Part shown: piece after piece, positions 28,401 through 32,000 of the stretch
Layout: every line of letters starts with the position of its first letter
How positions within the stretch are numbered: position 1 is the first letter of the stretch
Origin: Mycolicibacterium smegmatis
GTDB taxonomy: Bacteria > Actinomycetota > Actinomycetes > Mycobacteriales > Mycobacteriaceae
NCBI RefSeq assembly: GCF_001457595.1
Contig: NZ_LN831039.1
Coordinates: 960,001-992,000 of the forward strand
Length of the DNA stretch: 32,000 nucleotides
Direction of reading: 5' to 3'
Notes under the pieces: model-generated
What the model was told of the DNA's origin: nothing
The model's input: only the letters and a program-made list of their open reading frames with translations
The model's database searches: none
Program-made: the position numbers and the translations under genes

Positions 28401-29994
28401 CGAAACCGTTGCCGTGGTCAATGTTCCAGTCACCGGCAGCACCGGTCGCGCCAGCGAGGCCCTTTCCGCCCGCGCCGCCGTTGCCGCCGATCGCGAACAG
28501 CCAACCGTTCGCGTTTCCGCCGTTGCCGCCGGTACCCGCGAGGATGCCGCCGAGCGCCGCGCCGCCGGCGCCACCGGCACCGCCGATGCCCATGAGCAGG
28601 CCACCGCTGCCGCCGTTTCCGCCGTCCAGCCCGGCCCATCCGACGCCGCCGTTGCCGCCGTTGCCGAACAGGCCGGCATTGCCGCCGTTGCCGCCCGCCA
28701 GACCGGCTGCGCTGCCGTCGTATCCGTGGCCGCCGTCGCCGAACAGCAGACCGCCGTTGCCGCCGTTGGGGTTGTCGGCGGTTCCGTTGATGCCGTTGCC
28801 GATCAGGTACTGGCCGGAGATGGTGTTGATGACGCCGCCGAGTGTGGACCCGATGGGGCTGACCACCCAGAACTGTTGTCCCGCAGCGTGCAACGGCTGG
28901 TAGATGAGCCAGTTGACGATCTGGGTGGGGTCGAGCACCGCCGACGCCACGGTGGGAACCGGCAGCTGTGCCTGCGGGTTCACCGTGGTGCGCATCGCGG
29001 GGTCGGAGTACATCGGCTGACGGCGCGCCCACGCCATCACCGCCCAGACACCGGGCATGTCAGCAGGTTCGGTCGGTGCGTTCGGGATCAGCGTGGTGCC
29101 GAGCGTGACGACGGACAGCAAGCCGCTGATCGGCCGAAGTGAGGGTGCCGCGGGCGCCGGGTCGGTGGCCGGTGCTTGCACCTGCCGGGCGACCTGCGCA
29201 GTCGGTTGTGCGCCGAGCGAGTCGCTGGTGGGCTGATCGGTCGTGTTTGTCGAGGTGGCCTGCTGCTCGACCGGATCGGCGGCGGTGTCGCGGCCCTGAG
29301 GCTGCGTGACGCTCGGGGTCTCGGAATCCGGTGCAGTGGTGGGCCGTTCCCATCTGGGTTTCAGGTCCGGCAGCGGCGACTCGGGCGCGAGGGCTGCCGG
29401 GAACTTGGGCTTGCGCAGCGGGCTTCTGGCGTCGTCGGTGTCGGAGGGTTTGAGTCCGGCGCCCTCGGCGAAATCGCTGAGGGTCTTTCGGACCTCACCT
29501 GCCCGCTCGCGGAGACGCTCGTGCACCTGCTTGAGGTTCGGATGCCGCGGAGTGCCGAATGAGTTTCTGTCCCTTGTGGTCTCACTGGGCGTCTGCTCGG
29601 CGGACTGGCGATCGCTGCGGTGGTTTCCGACCCTGGTCCGCGGTGCGTCGGAGGGCCTGTTGTGCCGTGGCGTACCGATTCGGGGCGTCCCGTTCGCGCC
29701 TGTTGCTCCCGGCCGGAAGTGGCGCGGCCGGTCGGCGCTGCCGGTCGAAGACCCGTTACCGGCGGTGGTGGCGCCACCGGAGGCTGATGGCGAGTTCGAC
29801 GCACCGTCGCTCGTGGAACCTTCGGTGCTGAGGAGTTGCACGTCCGCGGTCACCGATCGCATGGTCGGCGAATCCGGCCCCAACAGCAGCATGACGCCGG
29901 CGCCCGCAAATGCGACGCTCGCCAGGCCGGCCGACGCAATCGGACGTGACAGGCTCCGTTCGCCGCGAGCTCTCGCTGCTCTGTGCTTCGCCAC
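25408..29994 (-). CDS. PE-less PGRS-type Gly/Asn-rich repeat protein with N-terminal TM/signal anchor
   Basis: GTG start at 29994 preceded by AAGGAG; N-terminus [39 protein letters not shown]; linker [30 protein letters not shown] followed by about 1,100 aa of GGNGG/GGTGG-type repeats. Confidence 0.85.
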   Translation of the reverse strand: MAKHRAARARGERSLSRPIASAGLASVAFAGAGVMLLLGPDSPTMRSVTADVQLLSTEGSTSDGASNSPSASGGATTAGNGSSTGSADRPRHFRPGATGANGTPRIGTPRHNRPSDAPRTRVGNHRSDRQSAEQTPSETTRDRNSFGTPRHPNLKQVHERLRERAGEVRKTLSDFAEGAGLKPSDTDDARSPLRKPKFPAALAPESPLPDLKPRWERPTTAPDSETPSVTQPQGRDTAADPVEQQATSTNTTDQPTSDSLGAQPTAQVARQVQAPATDPAPAAPSLRPISGLLSVVTLGTTLIPNAPTEPADMPGVWAVMAWARRQPMYSDPAMRTTVNPQAQLPVPTVASAVLDPTQIVNWLIYQPLHAAGQQFWVVSPIGSTLGGVINTISGQYLIGNGINGTADNPNGGNGGLLFGDGGHGYDGSAAGLAGGNGGNAGLFGNGGNGGVGWAGLDGGNGGSGGLLMGIGGAGGAGGAALGGILAGTGGNGGNANGWLFAIGGNGGAGGKGLAGATGAAGDWNIDHGNGFGNGGNGGVGSGGGNGGNGGNATGFLFASGGNGGTGGQSGDGGTGGVGADGTSAHVDGGTGGTGGTGGGTGGTGGIGGTGGGLFGLLGHSGSTGAAGAAGNGGDGGNGGFGYVLISGPNVTAGSETRGGAGGAGGTGGQSTAAGPGKGGGGGGGGGGAILVGANGGTVDGNAIGGNGGNGGNGSTTAAGGTGGTGGTGRLIAEGTGSTAEGTARGGDGGNSTGTGIGGNGGIGSVYAYGNNGAVGGTATGGRGGDGIDGGTGGAGGMGEIYSGADGSATGISAGGDGGSASGADSLGGRGGTSWVQAGYGPTTGGKASGTAKAGHGGKASDGGKGGNGGDALVMAAGATGVATGNTAIGGNGGAASANGAVGGNGGFTNIAAIHGSITDSSATSGHGGAAQGGNGGNGGNGWVQAYDPNGPAGTTIDKGKAAGGNGGDGGFNGTGGAIGGRGGDGAGASVWKANGQHSTGQTDTGGNGGRGGDGGTFVNAGANGNGGAGGAGGVSEGEGGTGGHGGDGGRGGDGALGGNGGAGGVGFGNGGKGGNGGNGGNGGTYVDPSHTGAGGNGGNGGAGRIRVNNGTATGTATGGNGGKGGNGDADGHRGGKGGDGGEALIRATVIGSNASGTATGGDGGNGGTLGATGGTGGAATIVAYNVVQANPQASGTATGGHGGNGFNGGHGGNGGQGTIEANGPSAVASGIGAGGNGGDGIDGGLGGNGGDGVVNTTANAANPGSAIGTATGGAGGKATGAASHGGKGGTSWVQSGYGSTLGGNATGTATAGKGGEASNGGIAGNGGNALVMAAGTTGVATGNTAVGGDGGAATAAGATGGAGGFSNIAAIHGAITDSTAISGHGGAGNGGNGGKGADGWVQAYDPAGPAGSKIANSSAVAGNGGDGGVNGTGGATGGNGGDGGNTSVWKSGGQTADGEHNTGGNGGNGGDGSEPGPGGNGDGGAGGNGGTGGTTAGGSGNGGNGGDGGNGGADGTPGTAGTTGANNP
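25620..26150 (-). repeat. Intragenic duplicated block of the PGRS-type gene, copy 2 (C-terminal)
   Basis: Encodes [28 protein letters not shown]...[20 protein letters not shown]...[13 protein letters not shown]...VWKSGGQ; landmark offsets to the other copy are exactly 1374 bp at both ends. Confidence 0.8.
26994..27524 (-). repeat. Intragenic duplicated block of the PGRS-type gene, copy 1
   Basis: Encodes [28 protein letters not shown]...[20 protein letters not shown]...[13 protein letters not shown]...VWKANGQ. Confidence 0.8.
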
Positions 29995-30438
29995 ATTTCT
30001 CCTTATCGCTGAGCTGTGATGGATGACACGATCGTCAATAAGTGAGAGCGAGCTAACAGCATTCACGGGGAAATGTTCAAGCGATTGCAACGAAATTGAT
30101 CATGATCCGACGGGCGCGTCCGCGACGGATTGCCGCGACGGAATATGATTTGAACTGCGATAACCAAGATCTGCGACGCCGCTGACGGGCCTTTCTTGCG
30201 TCGAGGAATCTTTCGAAGCGCAACAAAAGTGGCAGCGGTCTCCCACGAGTGGCGGCGGCAGGTTAGAACACGTTCTATGGGCGCGGTCAACGCCGTCGCG
30301 CGACACGGACGCCCACTCCTGTCGGAGCGGGCGTCCGATAGCTGATGTCAACCCGCCGAGGAGCGGCGTCCAATGCGCCCCGCGGGAAACGTGTACCGAC
30401 TGTCGAAAAACAGCAAATGGTCTGCGTGGAGTGCGCGA

Positions 30439-32000
30439 TCACATCAACTTGTCGAGGGTGATCGGCAGATCGGTCATCCGGCGTCCGGTGGCGTTGAAGA
30501 CGGCGTTGGCGACCGCCGCGGGTATCCCGACCACCACCAACTCGCCGATCCCCTTCACGCCGATCGGGTCGGCGATCAGATCCTCGCCCGGCAGGAACTC
30601 CGCGTCGAGGTCGGGCACGTCGGCGTTGACCGGCACCAGGTAGTCGGACATGTTGGCGTTGACGATCCGTCCGTCGCGGTGATCGAGGTGAGTCGCCTCG
30701 AGCAGCGCCGCCCCGATGCCCATCACCATGCCGCCGATGGCCTGGCTGTGCGCCAGCATCGGGTTCACGATGCGCCCGGCGTCGTAGCTCGCGAACATCC
30801 GTCGCACGCGCACCGTGCCCAGTGCCTCGTCGACCGCGACCTCTGCGAAGACCGCGCCGAAAGAATGCATCGAGAACCTGTCGTGCGGGCCGTCCGGCGT
30901 CCACTCCAGCTCGGCGGACAGTTCGTCGAGGCGGCGACGGCGCAGCAGCTCCTCGTACCGCTCGCCGCGGGCGGGTTCGCCGCGCGCGGCCATGCGGCCG
31001 TCGGCCACCTCGACGTCCGCGGGCGCCAGCCCGTGCAACGGCGACCCGGGATCGGTGACGGCCATGCGCACGAACCGGTCGCGCAGCATCATCCCTACGT
31101 TGTGGATCGACGAGCCCGCACTGGCCATCAGCCGGGATCCGGTCTGGGCCGGAGCCACCGGTAAGGCGCTGTCACCCAACTGGAACCGCACGCGATGCAG
31201 CGCGACACCGAGCGCGTCGGCGCCGACCTGGCTCATCGCGGTATAGGTACCGGGACCGATATCGCTCGCGCCGCACAGGATCTCGACGGTGCCGTCGTTA
31301 CGAACCCGTGCCGATGCGGCACACGGACTGACGAGCGTGACGAAGCTGGCCGCCGACACGCCCAACCCGATGAGCTGTCGGCCCTCCCGCACCGAGCGGG
31401 GCACGGGATTGCGTCGCGACCACCCGAACGCCGCTGCTCCTGATCGCAGGCACTCGGTGAGCCGACGGCTGGAGAACGGTAGATTGTCCGTCTGATCGCG
31501 TGTGGGTTCGTTGCGTACTCGCAGTTCGATCGGGTCCATCGCGAGCCGGTGCGCGAGGTCGTCCATCGCAGACTCCAGCGCGAAGTTGCCCGAAAGGTGC
31601 CCCGGGCCGCGCATCTGATTGCCGGGGTGGACGTCGAGTTCGACAGTGCGCAACGCCGAACGCATGTTGGGCGCCTGATACATGTAACTCGCCGCGCCGG
31701 TCACGTTGTCGACGTACGGGCTGTACCGGGACACCTCCACAGCGCCTTCGTGCACGATGGCGGTGATGCGGCCCGAGCGGTCGGCACCGATCGCGAGCCG
31801 CTGCCGGTTGCGTGGCCGGTATCCCGTGACGGCGTACAGATGCCTCCGGGTCAGCATCAGTTTGACCGGCCTCCGGACGTGGCGCGCCACATGTGCCGCG
31901 ATGGCCTGATGCGGCCACACCTGGCCGGCGTTGCCGAAGGCACCGCCGACGAACGGCGATATGACACGGACGTTCTCCGCCGGCACGCCCAGCGCGTCGG
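30439..32000 (-). CDS. Xanthine dehydrogenase/aldehyde oxidase family molybdopterin-binding subunit (partial, N-terminus outside window)
   Basis: PAENVRVISPFVGGAFGNAGQVWPHQAIAAHVARHVRRPVKLMLTRRHLYAVTGYRPRN..., MRGPGHLSGNFALESAMDDLAHRLAMDPIELRVRNEP, GIGEL-type C-terminus; frame open to 32000. Confidence 0.92.
   Translation of the reverse strand, partial: DALGVPAENVRVISPFVGGAFGNAGQVWPHQAIAAHVARHVRRPVKLMLTRRHLYAVTGYRPRNRQRLAIGADRSGRITAIVHEGAVEVSRYSPYVDNVTGAASYMYQAPNMRSALRTVELDVHPGNQMRGPGHLSGNFALESAMDDLAHRLAMDPIELRVRNEPTRDQTDNLPFSSRRLTECLRSGAAAFGWSRRNPVPRSVREGRQLIGLGVSAASFVTLVSPCAASARVRNDGTVEILCGASDIGPGTYTAMSQVGADALGVALHRVRFQLGDSALPVAPAQTGSRLMASAGSSIHNVGMMLRDRFVRMAVTDPGSPLHGLAPADVEVADGRMAARGEPARGERYEELLRRRRLDELSAELEWTPDGPHDRFSMHSFGAVFAEVAVDEALGTVRVRRMFASYDAGRIVNPMLAHSQAIGGMVMGIGAALLEATHLDHRDGRIVNANMSDYLVPVNADVPDLDAEFLPGEDLIADPIGVKGIGELVVVGIPAAVANAVFNATGRRMTDLPITLDKLM

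Noticed and set aside
25430-28780. Short-period repeats that could suggest a CRISPR or satellite array
   Set aside because: They are in-frame Gly-Gly-Asn/Thr coding repeats within one ORF, with no fixed direct repeat plus unique spacer structure and no cas genes.
25355-28903. Pro-rich or Ala/Val-rich + strand ORFs (250, 658, 272 aa)
   Set aside because: Complement of GGN/GGT PGRS codons; composition artefact.

Overview
High-GC actinobacterial window that looks mycobacterial (Mycolicibacterium-like). The taxonomic call is inferred from gene content and gene order. From left to right it contains: a partial Lrp/AsnC regulator (-); a LON-substrate-binding-domain protein (+); a complete Mrp/Mnh cation/H+ antiporter operon (-, MnhA with fused MnhB, then C-D-E-F-G); a single-gene module encoding an AbiEi-like N-terminus plus a DUF559/Vsr-like nuclease fold (+), bounded by two copies of a 58-bp hairpin repeat; an ArsB/NhaD-type permease, CBS protein and KhtT-N-like small protein (-); a NarL-type two-component system (+); a DUF1707 membrane protein (-); a DUF2867-like protein (-); a TetR-SRPBCC fusion (+); a Cdc48/VCP-like AAA+ ATPase, pssA, psd, moeA and an SDR (-), in the same order as M. 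tuberculosis Rv0435c-Rv0439c; two bPH2 membrane proteins (+); a HAD-IIA hydrolase (+); a DEAD/DEAH helicase (-); a large PE-less PGRS-type repeat protein (-) with a 458-aa-periodic internal duplication and a clear terminator; and the C-terminal part of a molybdopterin-binding xanthine dehydrogenase-family subunit (-). The best candidate for something undescribed is the hairpin-bounded DUF559 module at 7889-8873. It sits alongside two other unrelated hairpin-repeat families in the window (1172-1305 and 13109-13161). No tRNA, rRNA, CRISPR array, transposase or prophage was recognised.
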